Made by a program: the position numbers and the translations under genes. From Catajapyx aquilonaris (taxonomy: Eukaryota), in assembly GCA_000934665.2 (NCBI GenBank), contig KZ538273.1, forward strand, positions 1-64,000: 64,000 nt of DNA. The letters are read 5' to 3'. Below the pieces are notes generated by a model. The model was not told the DNA's origin and searched no databases. It was given only the letters and a program-made list of their open reading frames with translations. Shown in pieces: positions 53,271 through 64,000 of the stretch (its first letter is position 1; each line of letters begins with the position of its first letter).

Positions 53271-55667
53271 ACGGATTTTGGTAATGGGAGTCCGAATGTG
53301 GCAGGAGTAGGCACATGCTGAACCAACCTACCTAACGACCTAACCTTCCTTTCCAGCGGATACACGCCTGTACTTCAGCGAATACAAGCCTATCCTTCAG
53401 CGTCTAGAAAAGTAGGTAGAAGTGCAGGGTTTCCTGTTATGAAAGCAGTTATTTTGACCATATCAGCTAATTTACACGTAGCTGCTGCTTAGCCAATACT
53501 AACTTCTTAGTTCTTATTAGTTTTTTTGTCTCGTACTGCCCATGGCGTGCCCATGTGGCCCATGCTAGCTGACATCCAAGATGTCGGCACAATCTGACTT
53601 CAAATCAGGTGTCCCCCGTCTCCTGCCCCATTACTCGAGCAATAACGCCTCCAGTGAGTCTCCATGTCAAAACAACGTCCGGGATACTTTTTGTCCAGCC
53701 AGCGCATCACACCCAGTGTGGGACATCAGGGTTGGACCACTTCCAAAAATGGAAGGGGGGCCTCCATGACATCCGACATGACAGGCCTCTACACCCCCCC
53801 CCCCACCTACCACCCTCCTTTTGCCTTTGGACCCTAGCCTATTTTCCACCTAACTGATAACCCTGGGCCTCCAACCATTTCTCATCTCGTGTCCCCCCTC
53901 CTCCCTGCGTCCAGCCTGGATGGGACAACGGGATAAAACGGGACACTCTGCTGGGAGCGACGACACCTTTTGCTCGATTGCCACGGATTTTCCGGCAGGA
54001 AGGAGACAACCGGACGCCTACTGCACGACACATTCGGACAAATGGAAGGAAAATGGATCTCTCTTCTTCTATTTTTTTTTTTTAAATATAGATCAAGGAT
54101 TTAAGCTGCCATCTTACTGGCACTGATTGGATATAGGGAATGTCGTTAAGTCGTACAGTGTCTTACAGTGGAAATGCACAGCGGTTATTTCTAGACATGA
54201 AGCTGCTTAGTGTTAAGCAGCTATTTCTAGCGTTTAGGACTCCTAATCGGTCCGTACAAAGTTGAATTTTATTGAACTTTAAATATTAATTGAATATGAA
54301 ATATTTAGCAGATTTCCAAGTTAAGAAATTTCCATAATTTAATGCCATAATTAAGGAAATTTCATGATTAAGAAAATTACGTAATTGAGTTTTCAAGATG
54401 AAGTAAATTATATCAAATATTTTGCAGATTTCATGATTAAGTAAATTCCATATTTAGGTAAATTCCAAGCATAATAGACCTAGATTAATTTCGTTTCTGG
54501 AATAATTAAATTTCAATAATTATGATTAATTTGTAATATTAATTTTTCAAACATCGTTCATTTAATATTAATTTGTCAAAAATTGTTAATTTTTAATATT
54601 AATTTTTTAAATTGTTTCTTTTCAATATTAATGTTTCGAAAATGGTTTCTTTCCAATATTAATGTTTCAAAAATTGTTTTTTCCAATATTAATTTTTCAA
54701 AAATAGTTTCTTTTCATGATTAATTAAATTTCAAATATTAAGGGAGGAAAATGTTTAGTAAATTTCAGTATTAGGAAATATTCAAATATCAAATTAAATC
54801 AATTTCAAATATTGATTTAAGTTAATTTCTAATATTAAATTAAATAAAGTTTGAAATGAACGTGAAGTAAAATTCGAAATATAAAATTAAATTATTCCGA
54901 TAAATTAAATAATATTTCGACAATTAAAAGGCAACTAAACTGAACTTAAAATAACGCCAATATTTACCATCATTCTGCTCTGCTCACTTCACTAGGATTA
55001 AGCTCCATTTAGCACCTAACCAATTAACCCACAAATCTAAGCCTTTGTCAACCCTGGAACGACGCCTATTCGACTCATTCCCTTGGCAATATTGTCTCCG
55101 ATTATTAACCCATCAATTAGTCAAATCCCTTCCAAGCAGTAAATGTCTAATTCCTTCAGACACGTCATCATATATACGCAACGTCCAAAATAATGATCCC
55201 TTTCAAAGAGACTGGTTTATTGCCCAGCTACAAGTTTATTGTTGAGTTAGATCCGAATCGATGACCGAATTAACGAGCGTACTTATTACGAGGCCTTTCT
55301 CGCAGTTTAACGGGTATAGCAGGAAAGGCTCCAGTTCCTAGCTAATCACAGGCTAACGGGGGAATGTTAACCCACCGGATATGTTCCACTCATTACATTT
55401 GAAATGCTACGAGATAAACCAAGGGAGACTTGAAAGGTTAAATCAAGCTGCACGCAAGTCTCGTTAGGATGAGTTATTCATTAGAGAAAGAGAGAGAACA
55501 AAACCCACCCTGTAATTGGAGCCTGATTACGGTTTTGCGCAAAGGTTTTTTAAAATGAGCAGTAGTTAGCATAGGGGGTGTCGGAAAGGGAACGTCGTTT
55601 ATCACGGTTCAAACTGCACACTTAATAAGGCCTCGCTTATGAAACACCAGGTTGCCATGGTTAACCA

Positions 55668-55930
55668 ATCTGGACATACAAACGAACAAATCTGGACAAA
55701 CTAACAAGTTAACAACTCTGGACAAACTAACAAGTTAACAAATCTGGACAAACTAACAAGTTAACAAATCTGGACAAACTAACAAGTTAACAAATCTGGA
55801 CAAACTAACAAGTTAGCAAATCTGGACAAGCGAACAAGTTAACAAATTTGGACCAACTAACGAACAAGTTTGGACCAACTAAGGAACAAGTTTGGACAAA
55901 CGAACAAGCGAACAAATCTGGACAAGCAAA
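55668..55930. repeat. 26-bp tandem repeat TCTGGACAAACTAACAAGTTAACAAA
   Basis: About 5 near-perfect copies plus diverged flanking copies. Confidence 0.92.
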
Positions 55931-56009
55931 CATAGGAACAGAATTTTTCTGTTATATCAGAAAAGATATATAAGAGTGTGTGCACAAACGACTAAAGAGT
56001 GGTTGCACC

Positions 56010-56860
56010 ACAAGCAGGAAACATTTTTCGGCTGGAAAGGGGGACAGAAGAGTTTGCTGTCCCTGTTATGAACAATGTTAACAAAACTTTACTGGCTAGT
56101 TTCTGGGAGGAAATCTTTTGGACTGAAAAATGGGCCAGAAAAGTTTGCTAATCCCTATTAACAACTATGTTAACAAACTTTTCTGGCACAGGAAATACTT
56201 TTCGGCTGGAAAAGGGCCCAGAAAAATTCGTTATACAGTGATAAAAAACAATGTTGCCAAACTGTTCCGGTACTTTTCCGGCAGAGTACATTTTCGGTTG
56301 GAAATGAGCCAAAAATGTTTGCTATCCGTGTTATCAACAATATTATAAAACTTCTCTGGACCTTTTCAGGCTGGAAAAGTTGGTTATCCATCATAACAAC
56401 AATGTTAACTGCTTGTACTGGCTGTTTTACATCCAGACAAATTTTTTTGCCATGGTAAGAGCCAGAATAAATATATTACCCATTGTTAACGACAGTGGCA
56501 ACAAACTTTTCCATCTGTTTTCCACCCGGAAACTTTATTTTGCCAGGAAAAGAGCCAGAATAATTTATTACCCACTGTTAACGACAATGATAACAAACTT
56601 TTCCATCTGTTTTCCACCCGGAAACTTTATTTTGCCAGGAAAAGAGCCAGAATAATTTATTACCCATTGTTAACGACAGTGGTAACAAACTTTTCAGGCT
56701 GTTTTCCATCCGGAAACTTTTTCAATAGAAAATGAGCCAGGAAAGTTATTTTTCTGGCTCCTTTCCGGCAGGAAACATATTTCTGCAGTAAAAGTTTGTT
56801 ATCCATTGTTAACATCTGTTTTCTGGCCTTTTTTCCTGCAGAAATTTTTTCCGTATGAAT
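56010..56860. repeat. Degenerate ~92-bp tandem repeat with three young copies
   Basis: GAGCCAGAATAA at 56459, 56552 and 56644; older related units upstream. Confidence 0.85.
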
Positions 56861-57775
56861 TAAACCTGAATTTTTCCACTTAATCAAGCAGAAATTTGTA
56901 AAAGTACACACTGGGATATCCCTAGACAATTCATCCGAATTTTTTTCCTGCAATTACAAAGTACGGTTGGGTGTTTTTTTTTGAATGTCAGGAACTCTGT
57001 AACTGGTCGTAAAAAAAAAAAGTTGAACCGCTTTATATATACACTGCATGCTCCGCACACTCGAAATGGATACAATTACGCAGTGTGTGTTCCAAAATGT
57101 CGGAAAACTTTGTTTCGCTTCACCGCAAAAACCCCCCATGAATTAAGTCTGTGGGAAATTAACTCTGGTCTCTCTAGGCCTCTAAAATTCACTCCCTGAT
57201 GATATGTTTTAATTAAAGTTTAGTATATACAACAATACACACTGGTACAGTCGTATAGTGAAAAGTACAAAAGCAATGTATGTAACATCCCAGATTGTTC
57301 TTCAACAATCCATATACATGTTTCATATATTCTACCCAACATATTGAGTACTTTCAATTACACTGTGAATGTACCGTGCGTAATTTAACGGGATATTTTT
57401 TACGGTGTGGTTATCACATACGCGGGGAAGCGTCCAATTATTTATCATCGTCGGAGAGCATGCAGCAAAAACATGTCCCACTTTCCAGGACACCATTACA
57501 TATAAATGATGGCAGAAAGGCATATTCATTGCTCCACTTGTTATATGCCTAACTGCTGATTAGCAGGTAAGCAATAACAGTAAATCAACGTAAAACTGGC
57601 CGCGCCCGACACGCGCAGAATTATACGCAGTCAATAGGCCACAATCGCAGTGAAACAGAGGCTTCGTTGTATATAGGGGAATTATGCTGGAAAACTGGGG
57701 TTCACATAGGACGGTCTTTCGTGGGTTGTTTCTGGCGTTGCAGCAGTTAGATTTCTTAAAGCTTTCACTTTTAGC

Positions 57776-58227
57776 TACTGGGGCTGTGCGATATCCGAAA
57801 TTACATATTCGATACTTAAAAAATATCGAATCAAAGTAGATATATCGAAAATTGAAAAACCGACATCGAAAAATATCGAACAATATCGAAAATGCGTTTT
57901 TTTCGATGTCGGCATGTCGATGTCGGCGAAACCGGCATCGAAAAAAACGAAAACCGACATCGAACCGACATGGAACCGACATTGAACCGACCTGGAACCG
58001 ACCTGGAACCGACCTGGAACCGACCTGGAACCGACCTGGAACCGACATGGAACCGACATGGAACCGACATTGAACCGACATTGAACCGACATTGAACCGA
58101 CATAGAACCGACATCGAAAAATCGCGATATTCGATACATCGAACATGCCAAGCATCGGATATCGCAACTTCGATATTAGGAAAATATCATATCGACAGTC
58201 GATGTATCGAACTATCGCACAGCCCTA
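57776..58227. mobile_element. hAT-type MITE with 8-bp TSD and internal 11-bp array
   Basis: TIRs TA(ctg)GGGCTGTGCGATA / TATCGCACAGCCCTA. TSD CTTTTAGC at 57768-57775 and 58228-58235. GAACCGAC(C/A)T(G/T)-type 11-mer about 14 times at 57951-58115. Confidence 0.88.
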
Positions 58228-58368
58228 CTTTTAGCATGGTATCTCATAAATGTCATAATGGCATTGGCCAGTCGCCAGTTCGAATTATACGAATTCAAAT
58301 AATGAAAAAATAAAGGCCCCATTCTTCTCTAATTGGTTTGACAAAATGGATCCAACCCCCCCCCCCCC

Positions 58369-58551
58369 NNNNNNNNNNNNNNNNNNNNNNNNNNNNNNNN
58401 NNNNNNNNNNNNNNNNNNNNNNNNNNNNNNNNNNNNNNNNNNNNNNNNNNNNNNNNNNNNNNNNNNNNNNNNNNNNNNNNNNNNNNNNNNNNNNNNNNNN
58501 NNNNNNNNNNNNNNNNNNNNNNNNNNNNNNNNNNNNNNNNNNNNNNNNNNN
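58369..58551. other. Assembly gap
   Basis: Run of N between poly-C and poly-G tracts. Confidence 0.99.
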
Positions 58552-59095
58552 GGGGGGGGGGGGGGAACCCGGGTGACGAAGGAAAACGTCAGCAGGAATG
58601 GTATTCGTCTGATGGTTGTGTCCGACATGCTAGTGGGACTGTCCAGTTCCCTTCAAATCTCCTCGGTGTCTGTCTGTCATTTTGGAAACCTCAAAACCGA
58701 AAAGCCTAACTTGCCGAATATATCTCATAAATGCATGAGACTCGCTCATAATGCGAATACTTTGCAAATTTGGGGGGACATGGGAAGAGGAAAATGTCAG
58801 ACGCTAAGAGGATATGCAGATTATTAAGTCCTGGAGATGACAAAATGTCCCATGTCACCTCAGGGTGAATGACTCTGGATGTCGCCCCAAATGTATGTAA
58901 CACACGTAAGCCTACGTTGTTTGGTTATGCCATCTGATTGGTCCGCCGCATATTGTTACCGCGAAGCTTCCGATTGGCCCGTGTTCTGCGCATGCGTAGG
59001 ATGTATGCAGCGCCTCTGGTGGCAATGGTAACTATCAATAACGCTGATATTATGAAAGGCAATGTTTGTAGTAGGGCCAGGGATTATACTACATA

Positions 59096-59417
59096 AGAGG
59101 CGCAAACTTCTGTCGGCGCCTTTGATGTTCGCGTCTCTCTGTTTGGGGCCGTTGCCAAGGCTGGCGGTCATTTTGAAGTGTGGGGAACGCCAACGAGGTA
59201 TAAATAGGGTACAGGCAAAACAATGGTCCGCCATCTTTGATGGTTTTGGCGGCCATGGCAACTACATGGCAAGAACACACGCGAATCAAAGATGGCGGAC
59301 CCTATTTTTGCCTGTACCCTATTTATACCTCGTTGGCGTTCCCCACACTTCAAAATGGCCGCCAGCCTTGGCAACGCCCCAAACAGAGAGACACTGAAAT
59401 GGAATGTTTGCGCCTCT
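59096..59417. mobile_element. Fold-back MITE with ~108-bp inner inverted arms
   Basis: Outer inverted repeat AGAGGCGCAAAC/GTTTGCGCCTCT flanked by TA; inner arms 59133-59241 and 59285-59392 nearly perfect. Confidence 0.88.
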
Positions 59418-61549
59418 TATTGCTCCCTGGTATGGCTGCCATAGTAAACAAACAGTACAAAGAAACAAATACCATTTATTATAATAGAAATTACCCGCAA
59501 TTTTTTGGCAGATTTTAGCAAATGATTTATTCACAAGTTTGGCCACTATTTGCGATACTAATGCATCGCACAAACTGTTTTCCAAAACACTATTATGTCA
59601 CCATGTTAATTATTCACTCGAATCGCACGCATCACTGACGCGTTACTCTAGTTTTTACAACTATTATTAGTAGTTCCGATAAATGTTCCCAAAATGGTTT
59701 TCATTTATTTTGGGTGTCCAAAAACTGACAACTGCGAGTACTGTTCCCTCGGTCTATTGAACCATTCGTCAGATCTGCAGTTTAGTTGATGCAAAAAAAA
59801 AAAAAAAGTCCGGGACTGTTTGTCGCCGGGACTTTATTTCAGGTAATTTACTTCGCAATGTTTCATTCGCAATGAGGCCCATGGCTGCTGCCAGTGGTTT
59901 TGCGATCGCACATATGGCTGGAACTTTCGCAAAAAATAATTTTATGCGACAGATGGCGACCTAAAGGTTACATGCTAAAGGAACATCACTTTAAAAGCAT
60001 GTTTACTATTTTTTAATATTGAATTTTTTTTGGATTATATCATATTTTCCCTGTAACAAAATTTGGCAGCCATTTTTCAAAATGACCACTAAATGGCATG
60101 TTAATAATTACAGTGCTTGTGCCCACGCCACTACTGATACTGCTAAGTTAGCATTAACTAGGAGTGGAACAAAAATTCGAGTCGCTGTTTATCTTCATTA
60201 TATTTTATGGCATATATTATTTTATTTAAAGTTATTTAATAAATGGAATTTTGAAACAAAATCGGTAACAATTTATTATTAATAACTGTTTATTCAATAT
60301 ATAACTGATATTTAATTGCAATATTTTTAAATTTTAAATTCATTGTACTGGTTGTAGTGGTGGAGCCAGGTGGATTGTAGGCCTACCTGGCCATCTTGAT
60401 GGGAATATGCCGCGAGTGAAATGAATGAATGAAAATATTTAATTGCATTTTATTATTAAATTAATATTGATACTATCGCTCCTGTCTGAGTTATTGACAT
60501 GCTTGTCGCTGCTAGTACAGTCATGTAGCAAAAAGATATGTCCATAGGCTCACTTCCTAACTTCAAGTGACTACAACTGATATAGTGAAATCCACTCAAA
60601 ACAATTTACAGAACATCCGCTTGATCCGAAAAAAGACCTACAATCTGAACGTCACCTTAATCGCTGACCGACTATGAGACCTGCCAATTCCAACTCCCCA
60701 ACAATGGTCCAACGATGGATCTCTCTTCTCTTCCCTTCCACTCTGATCAAGCCCTCCTCACAATTCCCCCCAGAAAAGCCTATTTGGCAAAGTGAAGCAA
60801 AAAGGAGCCTCTTCCGACTGTGGTGTAACCCTGGCAGAGAAATTAGGCTGTGACTTTGTCGGCATTGGTTGGATTACCCCAGAAATGAGAGTGAAGGCGG
60901 TTGCTGCAGGAGGCTGAGAGGGGAAGAGCAATCGTGCTGAGTGAAATCTTGCTCCCAGACTCAATGAGCCGGACAGGAAACTTTCCTCTCTTTTTTTTTT
61001 ATCAAGGCAACCTAAACTATGGTAGACGTGCTTTCCGGCAACGTTAGCAAATCTGGACCAGGGAGGGTTTTACAATAGTAGGAATCGAATTCAATTGAAA
61101 TCCTGATGGTTGATCCCTAGAGGGGGGTTTCCTCGATCCCTATGAGGACCGTTGGGCTCTTCTGATGATGCCATGTGGGGGTTGGCAAAGCGTTTGGGCA
61201 GACCCAGATCAGCAGACCAAATGGCTGCTTAGGAATATCAGTAGTCTTATCAGAAAAGATCGGTTTCTAGTGGAGATTTTTTGGGGGGATGAATCAATAA
61301 GGTGGCGATTGATTTTTGATGGGATGGTTTATCTTGCTTTGTTAAGTGTAGTAAATTGTTTGATTTTATAGGGAAGAAAAACGTGTGTACCGTATTAATT
61401 TATGTCATGATGTATTTTATTGCAATCTATTTAATTCGATAACTTGCATTATTATAAGTAAATTTTCTACAGTTACTTTGGCACGTATTTACTGAATTTA
61501 TTTATTCAATTTTCTCGCTTTTAGTTTATTTTCATTGAATTGATTCCGA

Positions 61550-61845
61550 TATTTATTTAAATTATTTGTTTATTTACAGAATTTATATATTTAAATTATT
61601 TGTTTATTTACAAAATTTATTTATTTAAATTATTTGTTTATTTACAAAATTTATTTATTTAAATTATTTGTTTATTTACAAAATTTATTTATTTAAATTA
61701 TTTGTTTATTTACAAAATTTATTTATTTAAATTATTTGTTTATTTACAAAATTTATTTATTTAAATTATTTGTTTATTTACGGAAGTTATTTATTTAAAT
61801 TATTTGTTTATTTACAAAATGTATTTATTTAAATTATCTGTTTAG
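61550..61845. repeat. 34-bp AT-rich minisatellite
   Basis: TTAAATTATTTGTTTATTTACAAAATTTATTTAT about 8 times. Confidence 0.93.
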
Positions 61846-63962
61846 AGAATCTATTTATTTTATATAATTTACTAGTATTCAGTTGTTTGAGCTACATTAA
61901 ATTCATTTAGTTATTTATATTATATCCTTTATTTCTAATATTTTATTCGGTTATTTATTTATTCGCCTCAAAGTATTAATTTTGGTGGTTCCTGGGGCAT
62001 TCTGGGGGTTTAAATAGCATTTCATGCGGATATGAGGGTTTGCCTCTGTAACGTTTCATAATTACGGGTGTTAACATTAATTATGGTGATAACTGCTGTT
62101 ACGATTATAATATGATATGTGATGTGCTATGAGATGTGACATAAATTCAAATGTGTGGCAGTAATGTCATGTATTAAGCATATAACTGGTTTAAAAATGT
62201 CGGCTCATAAAACTACCTTGATCAACATCGCACTTTCTATATAATAACATATGTCAAAACAATTCGGCTGCTAAAACCCCGAATTGTGCAAACTCATTGT
62301 TCCAACCGGATCAGAACTTTTTAAAACTAAAATAGTTGGCTGCGCGTCCCCAATTTTAGCCCGTATCTATTCATATGAATAGTTTTAGCCTTTTTAATTG
62401 ACATCATTATATATTGTTCCTGGTTTTGCCGTTGTCCATTTACCAGACTTGGACAGTGGTGGTCGCCCTGATAAAACCACCCCCACAAAAAAAAATCCCC
62501 CAACAAAATTGGGAACCATTCACCCTATTGGCAACCCCACGTTCAGGTTCTAACAAGACCCATGTATCGCACCTTCCATCAATAAATCTCCAACAATAGC
62601 AGCTCTTTTAGCGACTCCAAATTTATTATGCCTCTCTTATCGTCTCTTACTGCCCAGATTTATCACAAGTCCTTTATTTACAGGAAGCTCTAACGACATT
62701 GGCCCAAATCAGATGGGACTTGGGGACGTCCCATAAGGAAAGATTAACAGGGGGGAAAAAGACGGTGCCACTAGAGGCGCTGAGTGTCAACAGACACTCC
62801 CGCTAGGTGTCAGCACTGCAGGTAAGCCACGTGTATCCGCCATTTTCTCTACTGCTTAATCACCATTTTATCAGTTTATGGAGAAGATCTAGACGCGACT
62901 AGTTGTGCCGTAGTGCTTTACAACTACTGAGCCATTTCCACCCAGATCTATGCGTTAATTGGCTCCTCAAAACTAGCCTAACTCATGAACTGAGGTGGAG
63001 GGTTTTGTCCTGCTAACTGACAGTAAATGTGGTTGAAATGACACGCCCTGATTTTACCTACGTTTTGGCGCCCCCCAGAGAGATAACAATGTTAGGAGGC
63101 CTGAGGCTACTTAGCGCCATTACCCGAGCCCAACAGCTATCGCTAAAGCTTATTGACAGATTAGCCATGGTGTTAATGGCCGTGTTGTTGGTGGATGCAG
63201 GATGAAATGGAGATTGTTATAGATGCTATCAACAGGCCACTTTTTGAAAATTGCATTTTCTATGAAAAAAAGTCATGGCCAATTCGTACAACAATTATTT
63301 GCGCCATCTATACGAGTGGTGTGGTACTGTCTACATTTCCCAATTTAACACAATAGCCAGTTTAGCTTCAAATAATCATTTCGCTCCAACACAATACCTT
63401 ACCCCCATATGAATATTAATGTAATGCATATTCAGCTGTTATAAGTTCACCTATCCGTAGTACTCTCCGACGTTTAGAGGTAGTAGCACAATGCACTTTT
63501 GGCGACTGAACATGTTCCCCTCCCCCCCTCCCTATTGGTAATAATGATATGCAAAGCGTTGTAAATGTACATTGTAGTATTAAAACTCCCAGGCCTGGGT
63601 ATATTTTTTTTCTGCACACAAAGCATCGCATATCCTTTGATGTACGAGTGCTGGGGCTCCACAATTTTGTACTTGGACTCAAATAGACCGCGGTAGTATC
63701 GAGGACTCTGCAGGAATGTACTGTATACAGCGTAACATCAAAAAGAAGGGGGGGGGGTTGGAAAAGCAGGTGCAAGGTACTGCTACATTACGGATCACTT
63801 GTCAGATTTATTGGATCGGTTAAAGAGTAACATGCTGTTATGTGCAAGTATGCGTAACTGTACAGTACTGCATGATTAGAAGTACTTGTAAAATTAATGA
63901 ACTCGAAATGTGTCCAAAAAAAATCAGGATAGGCACCACATTGTTGAATTATGTCACCTTAA

Positions 63963-64000
63963 AGGGACACTCCACTCAAAAAACAAGTTTGGCTCTAAAA
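63963..64000. mobile_element. Possible left end of a TTAA-targeting (Kolobok/T2-like) MITE, truncated by the window end
   Basis: TTAA|AGGGACAC start; the partner end would lie outside the window. Confidence 0.35.

Noticed and set aside
57560..58167. Overlapping ORFs of up to 184 aa with repeated peptides (GSRSVPGRFQV, TDLEPTWNR)
   Set aside because: They are translations of an 11-bp tandem array inside a hAT MITE and are open in several frames on both strands.
58329..58709. ORFs spanning the N run
   Set aside because: Artefacts of the assembly gap.
59830..59850. Plus-strand TTTCAG|GTAATT as a second recursive splice site
   Set aside because: Short pyrimidine tract and weaker donor; expected by chance in 64 kb.

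Overview
Eukaryotic, AT-rich, essentially non-coding window, probably a large intron or intergenic regulatory region of an invertebrate animal. TTAGG tracts weakly hint at an arthropod, but the species cannot be determined. I found no credible intact protein-coding gene, tRNA, rRNA or CRISPR array; the ORF track consists of short chance or repeat-derived ORFs. Roughly 0.5-1 kb unique segments alternate fairly regularly with roughly 0.4-1 kb degenerate motif-rich blocks (AGCAGTTAT/AGCTATT, ATCGAT, AAAATT, TTAGG, TAATCC, ACTCAAAAT). Many small non-autonomous transposons are inserted: Tc1/mariner-type CAGGGTG...CACCCTG MITEs, hAT- and Mutator-type MITEs with TSDs, fold-back elements, two Helitrons and three very short retroposon insertions with TSDs. 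Possible degraded LINE fragments are also present. The most notable candidates are a strong minus-strand CAG|GTGAGT recursive-splice-like site, the alternating block architecture, ATCGAT blocks that look like decayed hAT MITEs, a Helitron whose removal restores a host palindrome, and a zig-zag double palindrome. All coordinates were read by eye; no alignments or database searches were run.
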